From the NCBI GenBank assembly GCA_050012475.1, contig JBEKHC010000030.1, positions 1 to 52,170 on the forward strand: DNA of 52,170 nucleotides. Reading direction: 5' to 3'. This DNA is from Candidatus Velthaea sp. (GTDB taxonomy: Bacteria > Vulcanimicrobiota > Vulcanimicrobiia > Vulcanimicrobiales > Vulcanimicrobiaceae). The notes beneath the pieces are model-generated. The model made no database searches. It had not been told where the DNA came from and was given only the letters and a program-made list of their open reading frames with translations. The stretch's first letter is position 1; each line of letters opens with the position of its first letter. The position numbers and the translations under genes are program-made. This document shows positions 10,654 to 19,710 of this stretch, in pieces.

Positions 10654-11253
10654 GTGGTCGCTGATTCGCTAGAGTTTCTGTCCGGCAAATGGTGGACATT
10701 CTTGCTGCGCGGGATCGTTGCGCTCTGTCTCGCCGTCCTTGTCTTTGCGCAGCCGGCGGCGACCGCCGGGGCCCTCGTGTCCATCGCCGCGGCGTATTTC
10801 GTCAGCAGTGGTGCGCTGGCATTGCTTGCCGGCATATCGTTCTCGGGGATCGCGCACTGGTGGTCGCTCGTGCTGATGGGGATTGCGCAGATGTTCCTCG
10901 GGATCGTTATGTTCAATGAACCCGGCGCTGGCCCATTAGCAGTGGCCTATCTGATCGCGATTTGGTCGTTTTCGACCGGGCTGATGGAGATCTCGGCGGC
11001 TATCGCTCTGCGCAGATACATCGCCGACGAGTTTTGGTGGATTGTTTTGGGCGCGATCTCGTTGGTGACGAGTTGCTACGTGCTCGTTCGGCCGGATTTA
11101 GGTTTGCTTGCGCTCGTCTACGCGATCGGCATCTATGCCGCATTGGCCGGCGGCGCGCTCATCGCGCTCGCATTTCGCCTTAAATCGGCATTCGCTAAAG
11201 TCGAGCAGCTCGGCGCCGCGTCGGAGCGCTCATCACGGGCGGTTTCGCGGTGA
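10654..11253 (+). CDS. HdeD/DUF308 family membrane protein
   Basis: KWWTFLLRGIVA start, about 6 hydrophobic segments; AGGAG RBS before GTG. Confidence 0.85.
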   Translation: MVADSLEFLSGKWWTFLLRGIVALCLAVLVFAQPAATAGALVSIAAAYFVSSGALALLAGISFSGIAHWWSLVLMGIAQMFLGIVMFNEPGAGPLAVAYLIAIWSFSTGLMEISAAIALRRYIADEFWWIVLGAISLVTSCYVLVRPDLGLLALVYAIGIYAALAGGALIALAFRLKSAFAKVEQLGAASERSSRAVSR

Positions 11254-11879
11254 AGTCGCGCTGGTCACCGCTCATGGTTGCGCTCGTCTCGCTCGGGCTG
11301 TGTTCTGCCGCGCTGGCTCAGACTTTCGACGCCGCCGCGGATCCGGCGTTCCAAAACTTACTCGCCGCCAATGCTGGGCTAGGTTCCTACACGGCGCACA
11401 TCACCGTTCATACTCGATTGCGCATCTCGAGCTTCACGCTGCACGGGACGCTCTACGGCAAGAACGGGCGCGTCAAAATCGTCTTCGACGACATCCCAGC
11501 CATTGCAAAGTCGACGGTCGAAAACCAGCCGGAACTCCCGCCGCCGTCGACATGGGCGACGAGTTATGCGATCTCGGTTGGTGCCAAGGATGCCCTTACG
11601 ACCACCTATCACTTGGTTCCACTGACGGAAGATCGCGTCAACTCAGTCGATACCGTCGTGCAAAACGCGTCTGGTCTGGTCGTGCGGTATGTGTGGACGA
11701 ACAAGAACGGTCTCACGATCACCAGTGACCAGACGTTTGCCCCGGTTGGGGTGTATCATCTCGTACGCACGACCACGACGAAAACGCGGGGCGACGGAAT
11801 CCGGGCCGATTCCGAGACGACCTTTTCCGATTATCAACTCGGAGCGGAGGTCCCCGATTCCATCTTCCCAGCCCAGTAA
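11250..11879 (+). CDS. Secreted hypothetical protein (beta-rich, possibly LolA-like fold)
   Basis: Signal peptide ending ALA; GTGA overlap with upstream gene; C-terminal FSDYQLGAEVPDSIF. Confidence 0.7.
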   Translation: MKSRWSPLMVALVSLGLCSAALAQTFDAAADPAFQNLLAANAGLGSYTAHITVHTRLRISSFTLHGTLYGKNGRVKIVFDDIPAIAKSTVENQPELPPPSTWATSYAISVGAKDALTTTYHLVPLTEDRVNSVDTVVQNASGLVVRYVWTNKNGLTITSDQTFAPVGVYHLVRTTTTKTRGDGIRADSETTFSDYQLGAEVPDSIFPAQ

Positions 11880-12202
11880 CGACATTGCGTTGCGGGACAT
11901 CTTGTCCGTATGTGGGGTACGGAGGCATAGCGAGCGGCGGCGCTTCTCAAGAGCACCGACGGTAGGAAATCCGCAAACTGCTGCTGCGTAGTCTTTGCGA
12001 TCAGGAGCGGGTTCGCCGGCACGCCGGTTCCGCACGTGCTCGGAAGGGGCAGAATGTGTGCCCGACACGATATGCCGCTCGCAGCTCCGTGCTCAGCGCC
12101 CGATGGCAACAAGGGCTTTGCGTGGTAGCTTTGGACGGTATTAGCGCAGACCGCATTTCGCGCTAGTTTAGGTAAAACCAAATAGAAAGGGGAACCCCGA
12201 TC

Positions 12203-12775
12203 ATGATCGCTGATGCGATTAGCCAGTTATCCGCGAAATGGTGGACGTTTCTTCTGCGCGGTATCATCGCGCTCGTACTGGCGGCGATCGCCTTCGTGAT
12301 GCCCGTCGCGATGGCGGCCGCGCTGGTCTACATCTTCGCCGTCTACTTCATTATCAGCGGCGTCGTGGCGCTCGTCGGCGGCTTCTCCTTTAACGGGGTC
12401 GGCCACTGGTGGTCGCTGATCCTGATGGGCATCATCCAAGCCGCGCTCGGCTTCCTCATGCTCGCCGCGCCCGGTGCCGGCCCGCTCGCGCTAGCGTACC
12501 TCTTCGCGATCTGGATGATCATGACCGGATCGATGGAGATCTCCGGGGCGATCGCACTGCGCGGCGTCGTCAGCGGAGAGTTTTGGTGGATCCTCTTGGG
12601 AATCATCACGCTGCTTTTCGGCTTCTACGCCGTGCTCGTCCCCGGCCTCGGCATTCTCGCGCTCGTCTATACCGTCGGCTTCTATGCGCTGTTGGCGGGC
12701 ATCTCGCTGATCGCCTTCGCCGTGCGCGTGAAGGGGCTGGGCGTGAATGTCAAGCACCAAGCGACGGCGCAATGA
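12203..12775 (+). CDS. HdeD/DUF308 family membrane protein (paralog of 10654..11253)
   Basis: Shares KWWTFLLRGI, HWWSL.LMGI, PGAGPLA, EFWWI.LG with the first copy. Confidence 0.88.
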   Translation: MIADAISQLSAKWWTFLLRGIIALVLAAIAFVMPVAMAAALVYIFAVYFIISGVVALVGGFSFNGVGHWWSLILMGIIQAALGFLMLAAPGAGPLALAYLFAIWMIMTGSMEISGAIALRGVVSGEFWWILLGIITLLFGFYAVLVPGLGILALVYTVGFYALLAGISLIAFAVRVKGLGVNVKHQATAQ

Positions 12776-13114
12776 ATCCGACGCCGGTTGGACGCACTAC
12801 AACGGAGATTATGGTTCGACGCGTTTTGCGGACTGATTGAGCAAGAGTTGCCGACTGCCGGAGCAGTCGGCCTGCAGTCCAATTACCGCGACGTGGCGGA
12901 CGTTCCACGGAGAATGAGCATGATCCAGTTTTGCGGCTGCTGGCAAGTCAACAAGATGTCAAACGCGCATTCGCGGCTCATCGCGTCGACTTCGTGAGGA
13001 CATACTGCTGATCGGGAAGCCGTCCGTGAACGCGATGGCGTCGACCACCTGCGGCCGTTCATTGCCAGGCAGAGCGAATTGCGCCATGTCAGTTTGGAAG
13101 TAAAAGGAGAGATT

Positions 13115-14746
13115 GTGGCTGCTTACGAGTACCCCTTGCTCATCAAGCAATTATTGAAGACGCCACTGGCGCACAAGACCTCAAAGGAGATCGTCTACCG
13201 GGATAGTCGCCGCTATGACTACCCGACACTCCGAGAGCGTATTGGTCGCCTTGGCAGCGCTCTTTCCCGCGAGGGTGTCAAGCCCGGCGATACGGTGGCG
13301 GTCATGGATTGGGACAGTCACCGGTACCTCGAATGCTACTTCGCCGTGCCGATGCTGGGCGCGGTTCTCCAAACGGTGAACGTCCGGCTTTCTCATGAGC
13401 AGGTGGCGTATTGCATCAATCACGCCGAGGCATCCCTCCTGCTCTGCAACGTCGAATTCTTGCCCATGTACGAGGCGATTCGCGCCGAGTTGACGACCGT
13501 CGAAAAGGTGATCTGGATCAGCGACGCGGGGCCTATCCCCGACGGCCTGCCGGGCGAAGGTGAGTATGAGGACTTTATCTCGTGGGGCGACCCCGCACAC
13601 GAGTTTGCGGACTTCGATGAAAACACCCGGGCCACGATATTCTACACCACCGGCACCACGGGCTTACCAAAAGGCGTGACGTTCACGCATCGTCAGCTCG
13701 TTCTGCATACGCTCGCTTCGCTGCTGATGATTCGACTGTCGCGCGATGATGTGTACATGCCGATGACGCCGATGTTCCACGTTCACGCTTGGGGCATACC
13801 CTATGCCGCAACGCTCGCCGGGTGCAAGCAAGTGTATCCGGGGCGCTACGTTCCCGATGTGCTCTTGGGTCTTATTCGCGACGAGGGCGTCACCTTCACA
13901 CACTGCGTACCGACGATCTTGCAGATGCTCCTTACAGCGCCAAGCTCGAGAGAGGTCGATCTTAGCGGGCTGCACATGATCATCGGCGGTTCCGCGCTGC
14001 CGCGCGCTTTATGTGAGGCGGCACTCGAACGCGGCATCGACGTTTTCTCGGGCTACGGCATGTCGGAGACGTGCCCGCTCCTGGCCATCTCCATCGAGCA
14101 GCCCGAGACGGTTCGGGACAAGGAACACGAGATTGCGGTGCGCATGAAGGCGGGTCAAGTCTTTCCGCTGGTCGATCTGCGCGTCGTCGACTTCGATATG
14201 AATGACGTTGCACAGGACAGCGTCGCTTCCGGAGAGGTCGTCGTGCGCGCACCGTGGCTCACCAACGTCTACCACAAGAACCCGGAAGCTACCGAAGTTC
14301 TCTGGGACGGCGGATACTTGCACACGCAAGACATCGGCACGATCGACGCTCACGGCTATTTGCAAATTACCGATCGTATCAAAGACGTTATCAAGACGGG
14401 TGGGGAGTGGGTGTCGTCGATCGAGCTCGAGAGCATCATCGGACATCATCCGGCCGTCGCCGAGGTTGCCGTGATCGGTTTGCCGGACTCGAAATGGGGT
14501 GAGCGCCCCGTTGCGGTGGTCGTCCCACGGGCCGGCGCAACGCTAGAACCGACGGATATCAAAGACCAAGTCATGCGCCAAGTCGAGCTCGGCGTCGTGT
14601 CCAAGTACGCCGTGCCGCAATCGGTTTTCTTTGTCGAGGAGCTTCCGAAGACGAGCGTTGGCAAGCTCAACAAGAAAGCTCTGCGGGAGTCTCTTTCGAC
14701 GGTTCCTGCGCAGACGACGCCCGTTGCGCCGGCCCAAACTTCGTGA
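13115..14746 (+). CDS. Fatty acid-CoA ligase (medium-chain / DmdB-like AMP-binding enzyme)
   Basis: YTTGTTGLPKG, PMFHVHAWG, GYGMSET, KTGGEW, PKTSVGK; AGGAG RBS before GTG 13115. Confidence 0.92.
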   Translation: MAAYEYPLLIKQLLKTPLAHKTSKEIVYRDSRRYDYPTLRERIGRLGSALSREGVKPGDTVAVMDWDSHRYLECYFAVPMLGAVLQTVNVRLSHEQVAYCINHAEASLLLCNVEFLPMYEAIRAELTTVEKVIWISDAGPIPDGLPGEGEYEDFISWGDPAHEFADFDENTRATIFYTTGTTGLPKGVTFTHRQLVLHTLASLLMIRLSRDDVYMPMTPMFHVHAWGIPYAATLAGCKQVYPGRYVPDVLLGLIRDEGVTFTHCVPTILQMLLTAPSSREVDLSGLHMIIGGSALPRALCEAALERGIDVFSGYGMSETCPLLAISIEQPETVRDKEHEIAVRMKAGQVFPLVDLRVVDFDMNDVAQDSVASGEVVVRAPWLTNVYHKNPEATEVLWDGGYLHTQDIGTIDAHGYLQITDRIKDVIKTGGEWVSSIELESIIGHHPAVAEVAVIGLPDSKWGERPVAVVVPRAGATLEPTDIKDQVMRQVELGVVSKYAVPQSVFFVEELPKTSVGKLNKKALRESLSTVPAQTTPVAPAQTS

Positions 14747-15047
14747 CTCCGATCGGGTACGGCACGACCGCACCACTCGTTTAGCGCCTTCGCGCGTAAG
14801 CACTGACGTTGCCGCGTCGTTGCTGAGGACGCGAATTGTCCGTGGCAAGCAACGTCGACCGCGATGAGCCGATGGGAATGGGCGAACATGCACGCAGTTA
14901 ATCCTGGGCGCTGAGTGGCCCGTATCTGAATCTACTGTTTTGACCCGACTGTCGCGCCTTTGTTAATAGTTCTTGTTACACTCCGGCGTGCGAGCATCCA
15001 GAAACGACTGCGAGTCCGCAACCGGTTATCTTATTTGGAGGCTAGCC

Positions 15048-16262
15048 ATGAGGCTCCGTGCATGTTTTTTTGCCGCCGTCGGCTTGGCGGCAGTCCTTTC
15101 ACTAGCAGCGCAGTCGAGCGCGGACGCCGACGACGCTTTGCCGATCATCGACTATAAGTCGATCTCGACGGAGGGGAACGTCACGGTCCCGATCTTCAAG
15201 GGCCTTTCCGCTTCGTACGATCGGATCGTCGGCGGCCTGTACGACAACATGTCCAGCTCACCCCTCGCGTCGAGCTCGACTGCGGCTTACGTGAGCGGGG
15301 TTGCTCCCTCAGGACCGATTGTTGTGGGGACCGTCGGAGAAAGCTCACCGACCCCGGCGAAGGCCGCCCCCCGGCCGCCAAAACCCGATCCGTTTTCGTA
15401 CGGCCTCTCGATTGAGTCGAGCTTTCCTTTTGGACATATTGGTTCAAGCGCCACGTCGTTACGCGGCGCAACCCAGGGGTTTGTCGGCTACCAGATCGAC
15501 CCGTATACAAAATTCACCGCGGACTATTATCAGATCCCATTCTATCCACTGGGAACCTCGGGTACGAGCGTACCGCTTGTAATCCGCGGCAGTTCAACTC
15601 CAATTGGATCCGTCGCGCTGCCGGGAACCGCGTCCAATTCGGACGTCTACAAATTCCTCAATCTTGGCCTGCAACGGACCTTCCTCATCGCGAAAAAGCA
15701 TCCGTTGATCGTCACGCCGGGTTTCATCTTCCCGGTCTTTCAATATGACGACGCCGTGACGATCGAGGGAAACGGCCAAGCTCTGCCGATCAAGATACGA
15801 TCGTATGCCTACAAATACGTGGCTTTGACGATTCCAGTCGTCTATAATCGACACTGCCTCGTCTTGCTCACGGGTCAGACGAAGTGGCTGGTTCGTACGA
15901 ACGGACTCAACGAGACGAATCACCCGCAAGAAGTACTGATCGCGTATTCCGAATACTTCGCAAACCGAAAAACGTCGTTCTTTTTTCAGCCGTCGCGCTA
16001 TATCGTCTACCTTCCCTCCGATCGTGCGCCGGAGTATTCGTTCACGGCGGAATACGGCATCAACTACCGATTTACGAAGAACCTCTGGTCGCAGATCGAA
16101 ATCGAAAGTTTGAATCCGAGCGGAACGGGTCCGAACGGCATCGCGAATCTCACCTGCTCGACGGCGGCGTGTACCAGCATCCTACCGACGATCGGTTCGC
16201 TCAAAACGGCTGAAGTGCATCTCTCCATTGGGATCGGTTCGCCGTTCGTCATTCCGATCTGA
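15048..16262 (+). CDS. Secreted / probable outer-membrane beta-barrel hypothetical protein
   Basis: GGAGG RBS, signal peptide, Pro/Ser linker, alternating aromatic beta-strand pattern (YSFTAEYGINYRF). Confidence 0.7.
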   Translation: MRLRACFFAAVGLAAVLSLAAQSSADADDALPIIDYKSISTEGNVTVPIFKGLSASYDRIVGGLYDNMSSSPLASSSTAAYVSGVAPSGPIVVGTVGESSPTPAKAAPRPPKPDPFSYGLSIESSFPFGHIGSSATSLRGATQGFVGYQIDPYTKFTADYYQIPFYPLGTSGTSVPLVIRGSSTPIGSVALPGTASNSDVYKFLNLGLQRTFLIAKKHPLIVTPGFIFPVFQYDDAVTIEGNGQALPIKIRSYAYKYVALTIPVVYNRHCLVLLTGQTKWLVRTNGLNETNHPQEVLIAYSEYFANRKTSFFFQPSRYIVYLPSDRAPEYSFTAEYGINYRFTKNLWSQIEIESLNPSGTGPNGIANLTCSTAACTSILPTIGSLKTAEVHLSIGIGSPFVIPI

Positions 16263-16377
16263 CGCGTAGCCATGCGAACATGGACACGATTTCCGCCACT
16301 CGGCCGACCGCCCAGATGCGGCCGGCCGGCTGTGCGCGTCGTACAAGGCGCCTGAAGGTTGTGCAAGCGGAACCAAG

Positions 16378-16524
16378 CCAACAGTGTCGCACCATCTCAA
16401 GGTGCTTCGCGAAGCGGGCCTTCTGTTATCAGAACGTCGCGGCAGCTGGGTCTACTACCGGATGCATCCTCAAGCTGAAACTCGCATGGAGCAGATGACA
16501 AAGAAATTCATGCGACCGAAGTGA
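16378..16524 (+). pseudogene. ArsR/SmtB regulator C-terminal fragment (absent from the ORF track)
   Basis: Manual translation PTVSHHLKVLREAGLLLSERRGSWVYYR...*; the N-terminal half was not found. Confidence 0.8.
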
Positions 16525-16603
16525 AAGCTCGGCAAAGCCGTTAAAGAGCGCGCCAATATACGGTTGACGCCGGACTCTAAAGCCATGCGTTCGCGCCATA
16601 CGT

Positions 16604-17455
16604 TCAATAGGTGCCAAACGTCGCGGCACGCCGTCTTTCGGAGGGTGCGACGTACCCGCAACGCTCGAGCGAGGCGCTCGTGATCTGCTCGGTGCCCCGC
16701 TCGATCGCGTCGAGTGCGCCCCGGCACAGGAGCGCAGAGATCTCGCCGATGGTCCCCTCCGACAAACTCAGAATCTTGAGCGCCAACGCCGGCTCGATGA
16801 GCCCGGAACGGTGCTCGAGTGGGAGTGCAATCTCGAAACTGGCCAACAGCCGCAAGTAATCTTCGCCCATCGTCCAGCGACGCAAGACTGCCGGCTCGAA
16901 GCGGTTGGCGAGCTGCGGGTCGGTCTGAATCGCGTTGAAGGCGTCTTGCGTCCCGGCCGCCACGATGGGAATCTGCAGTTCGTTGCCTAGGTGCTTGATG
17001 ACGTTGAGGAACTGGCGCTGCTTGAGCAGCGGCCCCGCGAGCACGTGCTGTATCTCGTCGATGATGAGCAGCTTGACCTCGACCGTCGCGAGCAGCCGCA
17101 GCACTTCGTACTGCAACTGTCCGGCAGACTTCGAGGCGCGAAACGGGGCGAAGACCTGCCGGAGGATCTCCGCATAGAAGCGCCGCTCGTCGGGAACCGG
17201 TGGCGCCTCCATGGCGATCACCGGAATGCTCGAAGCGACTTCGCCGTTGCCTTCCTGCGGCGGGTGCTGACGCACAAATCGGCTGAGCATTGCCGTCTTA
17301 CCGTTGTTGGTTTCGCCGACGATGAGCAGGTTGGGCATCCGGTGTGTCTTGGGCAAGAGCAGAAGCTCCTCGAGCTTGGCCCCGATGCGATCGGCAAGGG
17401 GATAGCGGATCCAACGTCCGCCGCGGATTTTGGCAGTCCGCTCCTCGCGCGTCAT
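16604..17455 (-). CDS. tniB: TniB NTP-binding transposition protein
   Basis: RWIRYP, Walker A GETNNGKT, Walker B LIIDEIQH, DPQLANRF; ATGA overlap with tniA. Confidence 0.93.
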   Translation of the reverse strand: MTREERTAKIRGGRWIRYPLADRIGAKLEELLLLPKTHRMPNLLIVGETNNGKTAMLSRFVRQHPPQEGNGEVASSIPVIAMEAPPVPDERRFYAEILRQVFAPFRASKSAGQLQYEVLRLLATVEVKLLIIDEIQHVLAGPLLKQRQFLNVIKHLGNELQIPIVAAGTQDAFNAIQTDPQLANRFEPAVLRRWTMGEDYLRLLASFEIALPLEHRSGLIEPALALKILSLSEGTIGEISALLCRGALDAIERGTEQITSASLERCGYVAPSERRRAATFGTY

Positions 17456-19299
17456 GGATCCTCAATCTCGAACGGTGTGATATCCTCCGCGCGATACGTT
17501 GGAACTGCCGATTCGGTCGCGACCGTGGAAGTGATGACTTCTGTCAGCGGCGCCGACTGCGGGCGGCGTTCGCGGGCTCGACGCGTGCGTTTGGTTTCAC
17601 TCACCGCCTGAGCCTCGCGTTCACGCAGCCGCCCGTATGCCGCAAAAATCGCCGCTTCGTCGACGCGGGAACGCCCCGTCTCCTGTAGCTTGCGGCGCAG
17701 CTCGCGCAGCTCCCAAACGCTCATCGGCGGATACGTCGTGTTGCGGTAAGGGATTGGTGAATACCGCTGCAACTCGGGATCCCAGAAATACACGCTGCTG
17801 ATATCGCGCGGATCACGCCGAAAGAGAAACGAGCGGCGGCGCCCGTTCTCGGTCGCGCCGACAAAGCGGCGCAACACGTCGCTGTAATAATGGATGCCAT
17901 CGATCGCGATGCCGTACGCCTGCACCGTGCGCTCAACAAAGGGCATGAAATCGAGACGAATGCGCTCTTCGTTGGTCGGGCGGTCGATCACACCAGTGCC
18001 GCTGCCCCGCTCGTCGCCGAACACGCCGGCGGTCCAACGTTGCAGCGGTGTGGTGCCGATCCCGCGGTGACGCTTCGCGTGATAGACGCCCACGATGTAT
18101 TCCGTCAGCCAGCGTTCGAGCTCGCCCAGGGTCATGACCGCCCGAGCTTCGGAGTCGTAGCTCCCGCGCTGCTGGGGGTTGGAAAACGTGGCTCCGGGCA
18201 GCTCGTGGAGCGCGCGCAGCAGCGTGCCGAGCAGCCGTTCGATGTGGCCACCCATGTGCGGCTGCGCGACCGGGCGGTACTCCAGCATAATGCCATACTG
18301 CTCGCACGCCCGGCGCAGCATCTCGCCGTGAAATTCCTTGGCGTTGTCGAGATGGATGCGCGCCGGAAAGCCCCAGCACGGCCAGGACCCGATGATCCCG
18401 CGCTTCGCCAGCCATGTTTCTTTCGGCAGTACGGCGTGCGCGATGCACAGACCGGTCGCGATCGCCCCCGGCGGATCGAGCGAGATGTAGAAGCCCAGGA
18501 CCATCCGGCTGTAGACGTCGATCGCCAGGGTGATCCATGGCCGCCCGATCGCCAAGCGCTGCTCCTCGTCGACGACGATGACGTCGAGCTTGGTGTGATC
18601 GATCTGCACGAAGCCCAGCGGCCGCTGCGCCTCGTCGAGAGACCCAGGGCGCGGGGCAAAGCGATCGAGGGCGGCTTTGCGATGCGACCGCCGCGAAAGC
18701 CGTTCGCGCACCGGCAGTGCGACGATCCGGGCCCGAATCGTGCCGGCGTGCGGCACCGAAAGCTGCCGTTCCCGGCACCGGCGAGCAACCTCGGCGGCCG
18801 TCGATTCGATCGACCGCTGCTGCGGCGTCAGAAAGTGCTCCTCGATCGTCTGCAACACGATCTGCTCGACGGCGGGCTCCAGCCGGCTTTTGCCGCGACC
18901 GCCGGCCGGTTTATAGGGGAGCAGCGACGAGAGCAGTCCGGTGGTGCGAAATGCGCGCGCCCAGCGATAAAGCGTCGTCACCTCGACGCCGCCCGCGCGC
19001 GCCCGCTCCGCCATGACGCTGCGGGGCAGACGCGTCTTCTCGAGCACCGGCTCAATGAGATCCAGGCGCCGGCGCGCCTCGGCCCAATCGCGATCGTCGA
19101 GCTCGGCGAGGTCGGGTGGCAGCACCGATGGCTCTGGAGCCGAAACCGGACGCAAATCTGCGATTGCGAGGCGTTCGAGCTCACCCGTCTCGACGTCGCG
19201 CGCCACGACGGCCTCGAAGCTGATGGCCTGCATGATGACGAACCGCCGGTCGCCGTACTCCACTTCACTGCCAGGCTTAATGGCAAGGTTCGAGTCCAT
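17452..19299 (-). CDS. tniA: TniA/TnsB-like Mu-family DDE transposase
   Basis: HTH (TTLYRW), DDE residues in QIDHT / HLDNAKEF / GHIERL, Mu C-terminal RDPRDIS. Confidence 0.93.
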   Translation of the reverse strand: MDSNLAIKPGSEVEYGDRRFVIMQAISFEAVVARDVETGELERLAIADLRPVSAPEPSVLPPDLAELDDRDWAEARRRLDLIEPVLEKTRLPRSVMAERARAGGVEVTTLYRWARAFRTTGLLSSLLPYKPAGGRGKSRLEPAVEQIVLQTIEEHFLTPQQRSIESTAAEVARRCRERQLSVPHAGTIRARIVALPVRERLSRRSHRKAALDRFAPRPGSLDEAQRPLGFVQIDHTKLDVIVVDEEQRLAIGRPWITLAIDVYSRMVLGFYISLDPPGAIATGLCIAHAVLPKETWLAKRGIIGSWPCWGFPARIHLDNAKEFHGEMLRRACEQYGIMLEYRPVAQPHMGGHIERLLGTLLRALHELPGATFSNPQQRGSYDSEARAVMTLGELERWLTEYIVGVYHAKRHRGIGTTPLQRWTAGVFGDERGSGTGVIDRPTNEERIRLDFMPFVERTVQAYGIAIDGIHYYSDVLRRFVGATENGRRRSFLFRRDPRDISSVYFWDPELQRYSPIPYRNTTYPPMSVWELRELRRKLQETGRSRVDEAAIFAAYGRLREREAQAVSETKRTRRARERRPQSAPLTEVITSTVATESAVPTYRAEDITPFEIEDP

Positions 19300-19456
19300 T
19301 GCGCGCACCCCGAACGCCCTGCGGAAGCCACTGGCTCGAATTCCTCGTTCCGCAATCTAGTAGCGCTGACTTACCGTATTTCTAACCCAGTTGCACCTAC
19401 TTCTGGAAGTCAGTGGCAAGTTCTTACTGTAAGTCTCGAACGATTGGAGTGCCGCA

Positions 19457-19481
19457 GTTGCGTTCACTTCTGAATCTCACA
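19457..19481 (-). repeat. Transposon terminal inverted repeat (TGTGAGATTCAGAAGTGAACGCAAC)
   Basis: Starts with TGT and resembles the Tn402/Tn5053 25-bp IR (TGTCGTTTTCAGAAG...GCAC); related internal copy at 19388-19412 (TGACTTCCAGAAGTAGGTGCAACTG). Confidence 0.75.
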
Positions 19482-19710
19482 CGCACGTTGAAGCGCCGAT
19501 CGCGCGATTGCGCAAGAACTTCCAGCATCGTGCTTGAGGACGAACCAGTAGCGATTCGCGTCAAACATCGTTCCCGCACGTCGGCTCATCGCTACGACGT
19601 GCACCTCGGCGACATCACCGGCGGACTCGGGACGATACGCCGATCCGATAGCGACGCACGTCGGGCCTGTGACAGCGTCTCCTGACGTTTCTCGCGCCGG
19701 TGCGGCTACT

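Larger units (their letters stand above)
16604..19481 (-). mobile_element. Tn5053/Tn402-like tni transposon, partial (tniA-tniB plus one end)
   Basis: IR plus tniA plus tniB; no intact tniQ, resolvase or second end seen. Confidence 0.8.

Noticed and set aside
16604..19481. CRISPR-associated transposon (CAST)
   Set aside because: No cas gene, intact tniQ or repeat-spacer array anywhere in the window.
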